Shown in pieces: positions 40,514 through 50,400 of a stretch of 64,000 bases of DNA (positions are counted from its first letter, which is position 1; the number at the start of each line of letters is the position of its first letter). The notes below the pieces were generated by a model. That model was given only the letters and a program-made list of their open reading frames with translations. It was not told the origin of the DNA and ran no database searches. The DNA lies in NCBI GenBank assembly GCA_024672315.1, contig GCA_024672315.1_4714.1. The stretch is one strand, 5' to 3'. The position numbers were made by a program, and so were the translations under genes. This DNA is from a phage.

Positions 40514-41053
40514 TTACTGTGTGTTCTTAGCTTCACGAATGAAAATAACATCAGGATATTCTTGGGATTCAATGAATTCAGGATTACGATAACGACGAAT
40601 ATGACGCATCGTCGTACAAGCAAGTTTGTAAAGATGTTCCTCCTCACGTTGTGTTAATAACATCAGTTGCGCGTCTGGGATCACGAATGGGAGTCTTTCA
40701 CTCACGTATTCTCGAAGGTCATCGAGATCATCGTGATGAATGCCCTCTGAGAGCTTATATAACGCTTCCAGCAATTCTAATCCACCGAACTGGTAACTTC
40801 CTATTGTTGTCTTAAACAATGCGCCAGAACGCGTGGTGGATGCTCTATCGGCGACATCGTATTGTTCTAACATATATCCGTAGACCATGCTACGTCGATC
40901 CAGTGTATCCGTAACGAGATTACGCCACCGTTCCAGTCTTTCGAGCGCTTTGTCGATAGAGTAAACGATCATGCCATGTTCATCCAACTCTTCCGCAATA
41001 CCCAATAGTTCATTGTTGTTAGGTTTTGCTGCACCGATAAGAAAAACACTCAT
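40514..41053 (-). CDS. hypothetical protein
   Basis: 179-aa ORF. Confidence 0.5.
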   Translation of the reverse strand: MSVFLIGAAKPNNNELLGIAEELDEHGMIVYSIDKALERLERWRNLVTDTLDRRSMVYGYMLEQYDVADRASTTRSGALFKTTIGSYQFGGLELLEALYKLSEGIHHDDLDDLREYVSERLPFVIPDAQLMLLTQREEEHLYKLACTTMRHIRRYRNPEFIESQEYPDVIFIREAKNTQ

Positions 41054-41466
41054 TACTCAAACTCCTTATTCCAAAACTCGATTAATGAATCGAGCTGTTC
41101 CTTACTGGTTATCTCACCTCCCCTAACAAAATGAAATCGTTCTTGAATGGCGATCTTTTCCAGGATATCGGTAAGCAAATGACGGTGACAGAAATTTCCT
41201 GCAGGACAATAACACCCTAACACCACAACCGGATGGGAGAATAAAGCCAACCATTCCGGTGTATGATCAACAAAGCTTTTGCGCATAAGCGTGTAGTAGC
41301 CTGCGGTATATTCATCCTCGGTTAACGTTTTTGATTTGATTCCTGTAACAAGTTCCCATGAAGGTGCGAAGAGTGGGTTACCTGTTTTCACCGTCGTGTC
41401 CAGTAGGAACGCTCGTGTGTCTGAAAGCCAACGATGTTTGGCTAATTGAAGGGTGTATAAAAACAC
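41053..41466 (-). CDS. hypothetical protein
   Basis: 137-aa ORF; the ORF-track start is a GTG; contains a Cys/His cluster (CYCPAGNFCHRH). Confidence 0.4.
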   Translation of the reverse strand: MFLYTLQLAKHRWLSDTRAFLLDTTVKTGNPLFAPSWELVTGIKSKTLTEDEYTAGYYTLMRKSFVDHTPEWLALFSHPVVVLGCYCPAGNFCHRHLLTDILEKIAIQERFHFVRGGEITSKEQLDSLIEFWNKEFE

Positions 41467-41569
41467 AGCGCTAACCCCAAAGGATAAAAATAAAACCTTG
41501 ACATAACCACCACCGCAACCCCATACAGGGCTACGGTGGGGTCATACAGAGAGACGTGTTAGGTTACAA

Positions 41570-42049
41570 TCAGTCTTTCAGCAGCTCAGCTGCATACGCA
41601 CTGATGTTGTCGCGAATATGCTTAACCTGAGTTGTTGGGAAAGATTTCTTATACGCGGTGGTCAGGCGTCCGTAAACCTGTTTCTTCTCGTTAGAGCCGA
41701 AACCAACTTCAGCGCTGCGTTGAACGGTTGCGGACACAACGTCTTTGCCCAGCGGCAGGGTTACAGAAACAACGTCAACCTGTTTGTTATCCGCCATGAA
41801 CTGCGCGCCAACGCGGCCAACCGCCAGACCGTGAGCCAGACCGATATCGGTGGTCAGTTTCTGTGCTTTTTCCAGGATTTCTTTTTCTTCCGGTGTTACC
41901 AGAGTACCCAGGAAATCACTGCCTAGCTTCTGGCTACCAGATTCGTCCAGTTTAATACCAGCGGCGATTTTATCAGAAAGAGCCTGAACTTCCGGACGTA
42001 CGTTAGAAGTGGTTTCAGTCGCTACGGTGGTTTCTACAGCTTCAGACAT
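41570..42049 (-). CDS. hypothetical protein, candidate abundant early protein
   Basis: 159-aa ORF with strongly biased codon usage, GGAG RBS and an early-promoter motif about 120 nt upstream. Confidence 0.55.
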   Translation of the reverse strand: MSEAVETTVATETTSNVRPEVQALSDKIAAGIKLDESGSQKLGSDFLGTLVTPEEKEILEKAQKLTTDIGLAHGLAVGRVGAQFMADNKQVDVVSVTLPLGKDVVSATVQRSAEVGFGSNEKKQVYGRLTTAYKKSFPTTQVKHIRDNISAYAAELLKD

Positions 42050-42172
42050 GTTAATACTCCAATTAGTTTTTTCGATCGATCAAAAGGATAAAATCAGAAG
42101 ATTCTTTCTTCATAGGGAAAACACAAGTCGGTTAAGGTTTACTTCTTAAACTCCTTGCGTTCTATCAGTTAG

Positions 42173-42180
42173 GTAATATA
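42173..42180 (-). promoter_or_regulatory. putative phiKZ-type early promoter core (TATATTAC on minus strand)
   Basis: Plus-strand GTTAGGTAATATAGACC = minus-strand GGTCTATATTACCTAAC upstream of the 41570..42049 gene. Confidence 0.5.
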
Positions 42181-42184
42181 GACC

Positions 42185-42985
42185 TCAACTTTTTTCCAAT
42201 AATGCCGCAACGTTCCGTGCGAAGCGAATCACCTTGTAATTGCGGGTCTGTTTGATATCTTCTTCCCCATCACTGTCACCTTCAGACGGATCTTCCCACA
42301 TGAAGTCTTGTTCGTCCGCTTTCTGTAAGTAGCGGTATAACTGCACCATGCTGCGTGCGGTCGGAGAGATAGCGCGAAGCTCATCCAATTCTTCATCCGT
42401 CAACAGAACGTGCGATGAACGCAGCGGCTCCATTGTCGTATTACACAACAGACGAATCAGCAGATCGACGCACGGAATAACAGAACCTGGTGCGGCGATT
42501 TCTGGGTGTAACGTATAACCCCAATATACGGTGTTAAAATACGTCAAAACAGCAGGTAGTGACGGATGTTCCATCGCACGACCAATTTGTTGTCTTACGA
42601 TAGATGCACGATCGTTCAATACATCGAAAGTAATCTGCTGCGGTTCCATAACCGCAAGTGAAATACCGTATGCGTCAGCCACGCCCAGGATTTCATGAAG
42701 GGCCGAACGTTCTTCTTCGGCGGATATTGTCCCGATTGCTTTACGCCCTGCAAGGTCAATCAGCATCGGTGAAACAGCTTCTTTAACCGCATTAAAAGAA
42801 GCCTGGTAAGCGTGTTTGTGAATATACAATGTCCACGCTAATGCGCGTTCAGCCGCATGAAGCAGATCGACATAAGACAGTTCTTGATGGCATGGGCCAT
42901 ACACGCTCACAGCAAGCTTGGTGGCTTTCTCAGAGGCTTGCATAATAACATCCGGTGATTTAGGCATATCGCGTTCTTCTTGCAT
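42185..42985 (-). CDS. hypothetical protein
   Basis: 266-aa ORF. Confidence 0.5.
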   Translation of the reverse strand: MQEERDMPKSPDVIMQASEKATKLAVSVYGPCHQELSYVDLLHAAERALAWTLYIHKHAYQASFNAVKEAVSPMLIDLAGRKAIGTISAEEERSALHEILGVADAYGISLAVMEPQQITFDVLNDRASIVRQQIGRAMEHPSLPAVLTYFNTVYWGYTLHPEIAAPGSVIPCVDLLIRLLCNTTMEPLRSSHVLLTDEELDELRAISPTARSMVQLYRYLQKADEQDFMWEDPSEGDSDGEEDIKQTRNYKVIRFARNVAALLEKS

Positions 42986-43087
42986 CTTTTAAATTCCTAC
43001 TTAACAATAAAGTTCATATACGGCGTATGTATCCGTAGAATAATGGGTTCTGGTAAGATCTTACATCAAAATGACGGCATAAAAAGT

Positions 43088-43115
43088 ACCTCCTTACCCA
43101 CATGGGTAAGGAGGT
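43088..43115 (-). terminator. putative rho-independent terminator
   Basis: ACCTCCTTACCCA-catg-TGGGTAAGGAGGT palindrome followed on the minus strand by ACTTTTTATGCC; downstream of the 43269 stop. Confidence 0.5.
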
Positions 43116-43268
43116 TCGTCCATCACGACGAAAGGACGTTATGTGACGCGGTGTCCATAACGGCCCTGGTAGCAGGCATCAAAGATAACAAAAAGGATGT
43201 AAGTTGAGCTAAACCACCTAAATACGGTAACGATTACTTCCGTACACAATATAACGTAACGTATTTTT

Positions 43269-44078
43269 TTACCAATGATTAAAGCTGCCCGCTTTAACGA
43301 CGTCACAACGTAGGTGGTTACGTAACTGATCCAGGAAGACAACCGGACTGTCGCCAGACAACATGGCCAGCGCGTGTTGACCACCTGAACGAACAACAAG
43401 CTCATCAACCATTGGTGCTGTAATCGGAAGATCATACGCGTCCATGATTGCTTTGGCTTCCTGTTCTACGTCTTTCTGGAACCCTTCCATCGTCGGAGAG
43501 TCATATTTGGTTGCAAACTCGATCCCAGGCAAGTTAACGTAATCGTAAGTCATGACACGGGTCATAACACGACGGCGCTCACGTTGCCAGATCTGAGGAT
43601 CAGTTAATGCGCGAACCGAAAAACATACGTTCACCAGCGGTGTTTCAAAATCTTTACGTAATGGATCACCGTACGGTCCGCAAGGAATAACATCCCCCAT
43701 CACCATTACGACAGGACGACCACGACGATCGCGTCCAGCTTCCTCTAACCAAATCTTAGAAAAACAATGGCTCACCTTCGTTTCTTCGATTCGTAATGCT
43801 CGCTGTAAAAAGCTGGTTGCATCCTGACCGATCTCCGGTTTAGGGTGACCGTATTCACCTTTCAACGAACGATTGCGCGCGTTTGTTTGCAATAAACTGT
43901 TTTCCAGGAACAGCGGTTTCGAACGCTCAAGTTCGTAATATTCTTCGGTATTGTTAAAACAGTTAAATCCGCCGATAACACAGGTGTAGGCACCGTCAGC
44001 ATTAGGACGGATAATACCTTTCTTATTCACACCAAGATAACTGGTGCAAACAAGATTACTAATTGGTGGTTGCATCAT
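43269..44078 (-). CDS. hypothetical protein
   Basis: 269-aa ORF; AAAGGGG RBS. Confidence 0.5.
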   Translation of the reverse strand: MMQPPISNLVCTSYLGVNKKGIIRPNADGAYTCVIGGFNCFNNTEEYYELERSKPLFLENSLLQTNARNRSLKGEYGHPKPEIGQDATSFLQRALRIEETKVSHCFSKIWLEEAGRDRRGRPVVMVMGDVIPCGPYGDPLRKDFETPLVNVCFSVRALTDPQIWQRERRRVMTRVMTYDYVNLPGIEFATKYDSPTMEGFQKDVEQEAKAIMDAYDLPITAPMVDELVVRSGGQHALAMLSGDSPVVFLDQLRNHLRCDVVKAGSFNHW

Positions 44079-44156
44079 AACCCCTTTATAAGCAACTGAA
44101 TGAAAAAGCGTTACCTTCCCACTTTTACGTCAAGAAGGCGACGTGTAAGCGTTATA

Positions 44157-44888
44157 TCACCATTCATACGATCCGGCGCACTGATGCCCCAATAGTACCA
44201 ACGCGTCGTCTTTGGCCGCCAGATATTTTTCTAACGTTATCCGTGAAACAGACACATTAGAGAAATCCATCACGCCTAAGCGATGATCGTAATGGTTAAT
44301 TTGCATCCGGTAATAACCTTTCTTTACCACCAGAAACTCGCCTTGACGCAACCATAGCGGAACGTTGTCAACCTCCGCATGGATATAAAACACCGGACAT
44401 TCTGTCGTAACGGAGTTTTCCTTCCCATCGCTATCTGTAATCTTCCCTTTGGGAACAGCCGCGATAAAACATTCACCGATACGCTCGGTTTGGTACCCGT
44501 TTGGATAACGCGGATCGTGAAATAACCAATGCTCATCGCTAATATCAACATCGGATAATAACGTACGATGTGGACGTAAGGCGATATCAAACGGAACACG
44601 ATAGATAACGTACCCGCCTAACCAATGGGCTAAGTGACCGCCGGAATAGTACTGCTTGATTGCGGTACTGTAACCGTATATACACCCCATCAAACTGCTG
44701 GATACACAGATCCTTGGAAACGACCCGTCTTCCATACGCAAGGTACGTTGTGGGATACGCGGCATCATCGTTTTCAGTTCGGTGTCGGTGCTGATATGCA
44801 ATAAACCGAAAGGAAGCGTTTTACTCGGTACCCACGCGCAACGTTCCATGATCGCTCTTGGGACAATAGTCTCGATAGACGATAACAT
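44157..44888 (-). CDS. hypothetical protein
   Basis: 243-aa ORF; GAGGGGG RBS. Confidence 0.5.
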   Translation of the reverse strand: MLSSIETIVPRAIMERCAWVPSKTLPFGLLHISTDTELKTMMPRIPQRTLRMEDGSFPRICVSSSLMGCIYGYSTAIKQYYSGGHLAHWLGGYVIYRVPFDIALRPHRTLLSDVDISDEHWLFHDPRYPNGYQTERIGECFIAAVPKGKITDSDGKENSVTTECPVFYIHAEVDNVPLWLRQGEFLVVKKGYYRMQINHYDHRLGVMDFSNVSVSRITLEKYLAAKDDALVLLGHQCAGSYEW

Positions 44889-44889
44889 A

Positions 44890-45600
44890 TCACCCCCTCA
44901 GAATCGCTTCTGTTTCGCTGATCGTATCCGCAGGATAAACCAAACTACTATCGATTGCGTTATTCACGTAACCACCCATTAAGTTGGTGATGGTGTTTGT
45001 ACCACTATCGATAATGTTTCGTAATCCGATGTCGATGGCTTTTAACGTACTGCGTTCCTCATCCGAAAGCAGACGCCACGCTCGACGACGATCGTTGGGG
45101 TCGCGTGTGGTGATAGAAGCCAGAACAGAATAGATGCTGCTGTCTGCGTTCAATTTAACGCCAGCCAATTTCGCTGACGTGTAGAGCAGCTGATATTTTT
45201 CTTTCTCAGTGTACCACCATGGCACTTTACCGAGCGTATAGATCTCGTTATACATCAGCCATGGGAAAGAGTTTCGCATCACGACATCGGTCGACACCAA
45301 CACCGTGTCGCCGGGAAGAAACACAAATTCATAAAACGGCTGACCATCCATGGTAATCTCACGGATGTCAGACGGGTCGATATGGAGCTGGGTCAATGCG
45401 TGGCTGACACCATACTGTCCATCAGGAAGAATAATCGGGCAGCACGCACAAACCCGGTTCTCACTCCCGATGATAGATAAACCCAATCCCTCGTAACGGA
45501 CGGGTGTCAGAATCGAACACCCGCCACGAGTAACAACAGATTTATCTTCTTGTATGTCCCAGTCCGCAAGCACCGCAGCACCGTTGCGGACAAGCGCCAT
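44890..45600 (-). CDS. hypothetical protein
   Basis: 236-aa ORF tightly packed with its neighbours. Confidence 0.5.
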   Translation of the reverse strand: MALVRNGAAVLADWDIQEDKSVVTRGGCSILTPVRYEGLGLSIIGSENRVCACCPIILPDGQYGVSHALTQLHIDPSDIREITMDGQPFYEFVFLPGDTVLVSTDVVMRNSFPWLMYNEIYTLGKVPWWYTEKEKYQLLYTSAKLAGVKLNADSSIYSVLASITTRDPNDRRRAWRLLSDEERSTLKAIDIGLRNIIDSGTNTITNLMGGYVNNAIDSSLVYPADTISETEAILRG

Positions 45601-47124
45601 TTACACCTCGCTAATCTGGATAACGTAAAGCTGCTGGGCCACGTAATCGGTGGTCAGATGCATCGTTGCGATGGTCGCTGCTTCGAACACCGTGAGTTCA
45701 GGACGTTCACGCATAATCAAATCGATCTCGTCGATGAGACGGTTAACGCCTTGAGCGTCTTCATGATGCATCGTTTTCACGTAGAGTGTACGGAAATACT
45801 GCTGGAAGTTAGCTACGTCGGTATCGGTAAGGTTAGCAACTTCACCACGCACAATTTCCATGACCTTCTTACGGGTATCTTCATCGAGGTCTACCGTAAT
45901 CAGGTCAGCAAATACACCCTGCAATGCCAGCGCGTATGCACGTAAGCGGTTTGCGGCTTGCTGGCTGGCTTTCATGTTGATGTAGTTACGGTAATGCTGC
46001 ATGAAGCCAGCACCGTTAGCCAGCAGTTCATCTTTACTGATGAGTTCACGCTCTAACAGGACAGCTGCGGTTAATGCTTCCGGTGAACCGCCTTCTTGCA
46101 GATAACCCATGTAGACATCTGCGTTAACGAAAATCGTCATCGCTGACGCGTCTTCAGCACGTTGAATCTGAGAAGCTGACGGTGCAGAAAGAATCAGTTC
46201 ACCACGCTCCATACGCAGGATACGATCACGACCGACGCGTGCCATCCCGTTAATCGCTGCAGCACGAGCTTGTTGCATTTTAGCGCGGTAGTTTTCAAGC
46301 ATCATGTCGTTGCCGTCCTGGATATCTTCCAGCAGGTTAACGGCCCACATATAGCAGAGGAATGCAGGAGTTGCCGCAGCGCGGGAACCGTGGAATGCAA
46401 CGTTATCGCTATCCGGATACGTAATCAGATAAGCGGTGTTGTTCGAAGAAGGAGCGGAACCACGGAAGAAATAGTTGTAGATGTCTTCCAGTGCCTGGTC
46501 GCTCATCCCTTCCGTCGCTTGCTGTACAAAGCGATCCAGGTTTTCATTACCGGTATACAGCAACGTACGCAGCTTATCACCGGTGATAAACGCAAGCTTT
46601 CCGGTTGGAGTGAAATCGTTATTAATCGAAATCAAGCCGTTAAGATCGTAATCGCTAACTAAGGCCTGGTACTCTTCGGAGTTATAAAACTCAGGATAGT
46701 AACTCAGACTTACTGTCGGGATCAGTTTCGGTGCCAGGATGATCGAATCGATGCGTTTTTCCAGTTCCGGGTACAGCGCACGGCATTTCGGCAGGATGGT
46801 ATTACGCGCCAACTCTTTGGCATACACCACTTTTTCCACCACGTCTTGAACTGCGGTCTGTAAAACTTCATCGTGGATATAAACCTCGCGTTCGCTGGCA
46901 GGTGCTACAACGCCATCTTCGGTTTCATCAAGTGTTTCAGCAACAACCATACGTTCAGCACTAAGCTGCACCAACGCATCTGCGTCTTCCGGTGGCTGGT
47001 TCCAATGCATGGTTTCACAAACCGCGGCTAACGGGGTACCTGGAATGGCTGCGACGATTTGGTTACGTTTGATAAACCCTTCGACAATAGGCTCAACGGC
47101 ATAAACGGTTTTATTGGTGATCAT
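45601..47124 (-). CDS. hypothetical protein
   Basis: 507-aa ORF. Confidence 0.5.
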   Translation of the reverse strand: MITNKTVYAVEPIVEGFIKRNQIVAAIPGTPLAAVCETMHWNQPPEDADALVQLSAERMVVAETLDETEDGVVAPASEREVYIHDEVLQTAVQDVVEKVVYAKELARNTILPKCRALYPELEKRIDSIILAPKLIPTVSLSYYPEFYNSEEYQALVSDYDLNGLISINNDFTPTGKLAFITGDKLRTLLYTGNENLDRFVQQATEGMSDQALEDIYNYFFRGSAPSSNNTAYLITYPDSDNVAFHGSRAAATPAFLCYMWAVNLLEDIQDGNDMMLENYRAKMQQARAAAINGMARVGRDRILRMERGELILSAPSASQIQRAEDASAMTIFVNADVYMGYLQEGGSPEALTAAVLLERELISKDELLANGAGFMQHYRNYINMKASQQAANRLRAYALALQGVFADLITVDLDEDTRKKVMEIVRGEVANLTDTDVANFQQYFRTLYVKTMHHEDAQGVNRLIDEIDLIMRERPELTVFEAATIATMHLTTDYVAQQLYVIQISEV

Positions 47125-47357
47125 TACTGCGCTCCCTCCAACGCATTACTACCTACGGGTTCTTTGGTTTCCAGACGGCTGTTTAAGCGCGCAGCAACCG
47201 CATCTTCCAATCCCAACGGCATAACCTTTTTGTTCACGTCGGGATCGGCGGCATCATTACCAACGGTTTGACGTACGACCTCAGCAACCAACGTTACCGC
47301 GTTCGTCAGCGCAACAAAGCTCGCTGCCCGAGCCGTGTTAAGTTGTTCTTGGTTCAT
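47124..47357 (-). CDS. hypothetical protein
   Basis: 77-aa ORF with AAGGAAAAG RBS. Confidence 0.4.
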   Translation of the reverse strand: MNQEQLNTARAASFVALTNAVTLVAEVVRQTVGNDAADPDVNKKVMPLGLEDAVAARLNSRLETKEPVGSNALEGAQ

Positions 47358-47432
47358 TCACTTTTCCTTTTAATGTCAGAGCATCGCATTCTTGACATGC
47401 GTCAAGAAGGTATTGCGTTCAGCGAAATAAAC

Positions 47433-47458
47433 GAGCAGGGGCATGACGCCCCCTGCTC
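47433..47458 (-). terminator. intrinsic terminator immediately after the RNAP beta-like gene
   Basis: GAGCAGGGG-catgacg-CCCCTGCTC hairpin starting 1 nt after the TAA at 47459-47461, followed on the minus strand by GTTTATTTCG; a T-rich run also follows on the plus strand. Confidence 0.6.
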
Positions 47459-50400
47459 TTATTTAGCGTCGTTAAAGTAAATATCAACAGCTCGTTCCGT
47501 TGCGTAGAGGAGACCAAGATTCACAGTCCCAACCACTTCCGGTGAACCGATGATACGGTTAGCGATACTGGTGCCACTGAAGATAGCATCAAGGGTGTGC
47601 CCGTCTTCGGTTTTGTTCACACCATGACCCACGGAAGAGACAACGGATTTCGCTTGTGCTGCGAAGGTACCTTTATCACCCATCCCCGCACCAAGGTCGT
47701 AACGCATGAAAATACGGATAGCGATCTGGTTCTCGCCTAACGGATTACCGTCTATTCTCACGTTACTGTTATTGATACGCCCTGTTGTTGCCTCGCTGAG
47801 TTTCAGTTCCTTGACGCGTTTAGCTCGCGCTTTATCCGCTTCACCGACGAGCGCCGCCATGGTTTCGCTCATATCCTCAATCTGAGCGCGGTACAGTACA
47901 TCGATCTGTACAACTTCACCATGAACATCAGCACGTGGGTTATACTGACTCATACGACGTAATGCTTCAACGGCTTCCTGACTCTCATCACTCAGATCAG
48001 TTGCGATCGGTTCTTCCAGTGTTGCAAGAATCGTTCGCGGTTCAACGTGGTCGCCGATTTTCACAAGACCACGAATGTTGAGATGGGCGTCAACGATAAG
48101 CGTACGGCTCTTAATCGATGGTGTTACGAGACGATCAGCAAGATTGTCGAAGATATACGAACTGTCCTCGTGAGTCTCTGGAATATCCAGAATACCGACA
48201 AGAGACAGAACACCTGCGCGCCAAACAACCTGACCCGGGTTCCACCAATCGCGTTTAAAATAAAGACGATGGAAAACCACCACATCCTGATCCTTAACGC
48301 GATCCCCGACTTTATAATCGGTAATGAGATCATGGGGATAATACTTACCTGGTCCTTTCCCGATTATCGTACCGAGCTGGAAAACCTCTTCCCCTAACTC
48401 TGGATCGTCGTATTGTATCGTAAGCGCGGTTTTGGTGACCTTCTTCACAACACCATCGCCTTGGGCAGCTGCTGCGAAGAGCTTACCAACACGATGCGCG
48501 ATGACAGTCTCACCACCTGTACGCCACGGTTGTACATCGTAACCTTCAGCAGCAATCATGCGGTTGTGTTGGATCCCGACAAAGACCAGACGTTTTCCAT
48601 CGTCGCGGTCTACAGCCGGAACAGCTAACGCTGACGTACTCATTACCGATGAAATGCCGTCTGTCTTTTCATCGAATGGTCGTGTTTCACCATATACCGA
48701 CACGATATTAGCATTAGGTGCGAGGTAAGCAGAAATACCTACGTCCCCGCTATCTTTCGTACCCTCTGACACAATACCAACATCGGACTTGTCGTATTCA
48801 CGATCGCGTGCGCGTCGAAGCGATGTCTTTGAACGACCTCCGATACCGGTCATCGTCGCTTCTTCACCCTGCTTGATATCCAACATCGGGTTGGTTTCAT
48901 CAATCACGATGGAAGCACTGTCGTCGAGAATCTGGTTCCAGACACTTACCGGACTGATTGATATTTTCTGGCGATTTCCTTGACTGCTGTTCTCATTCTG
49001 ACGAATAGCACCAACCAGGTCCTTATACACCAATTCAGCGAACTTATCGTACGTTTTAAAACGTTGGTAGTTCACATCGTTCGTGTTAGGAGCCCAATCA
49101 TCCAGAAGCAGTTCAACAGCACGCAGTAACAACATGGCGAAATCGGTAGGTTCTCCCATGTTCTGTAGCAACGTACGGCTTACCGGATCAACGAAAAGAC
49201 GCTCCATGAGTTCAAGTTCGCGTAAATGACGAACCTTAAGTCCAGCACCATCGACAACGTTAAAATAGATATCTCGATTGTCAAAAGCGCCGCGAGCGTA
49301 ACCGATGTAGTTACGGTATTCGTTAAACCCACCCAGCAACAACGTCGTCATGCGATCGTCTTTACTGAAGATCAAACTTTCGTCATCAAAGCTCACCGCG
49401 AATTCATCGGGTGCTAGACCCATACGAGAACCGCGAGGTACCGTACGATAGTTCGCTTTAAGATGTTCTAATAACGGGGTAAGTCCACCCAGATAACTTA
49501 GAACAACACCGACCGGAATACGTACACCCATGAATTCAAGATCGGCGGCTTCGATCGGCATCTTAGCCGCATTGATACCGAAGAAATCAGGGAACGTCCC
49601 TACAGGTGTTGGTGTTTGTCCTGACTGACAGATATAGAGCTGATTGCGTTTATCGATTGCTAAGAATTCACCCAGCGTGTTACGCGCAAACGTCAGGAGC
49701 CCTTCGGCTAACTGTTCGTTGAACCGATCTTCCCCGATGAACTCCGGCAATGTCTTTGTATCGAGACGTATATCCCAATCAGCAAATTGGATTTGGGTAT
49801 AGTTGCGTGCAAGCACAGCGAAGTAATACGGAACTTTGACGGCCGGATCAAAGACGTTACCGCGTTTCAACGTGGTTAAGGGTGAGGATTTATCGTAATA
49901 CATCGCCGTAAGTTGACGTGTTAGCCAACGACCGGCGTTATTAACGACGCGCTCTGAACGTTTAACAAACACCTTACCGTAGGCGGTACTCAACGCAACT
50001 TCAGATGACGATACCTTTCTAATAGGTTTATCAACACGTTGTTTACGCATCCGGTATTTGATGCCGTTAACGACATAAATGCCATCCTTACGAACCTTCG
50101 GCAACATCACCGGGAACGTGGTCGGGACACCGCCTACGGGAGCCAGTTTAATCGTGATGACTTGATAATCCCCCATCACGTCAACAACATCTTCGACTTT
50201 ATATCCCGTAACAGGGTAACCCGCCTGCTGTACCGCAACAACAGCGGCTGCGATGTCCTTTTGCATTACGTGTTCAACGTAATGTTTATCCCACACCGCA
50301 AGCGTCGATTTACACAGGCTCTTATCGACGATAACATCCGCTTCCGGCATAACCTTTGCAGGAGCTAATTTCGCGGCTTTTGGTTTAACTTCAACATACT

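Noticed and set aside
47380-47400. TTGACA-like hexamer as a host sigma-70 promoter
   Set aside because: No convincing -10 element at the correct spacing; nucleus-forming phages are thought to transcribe independently of host polymerase.
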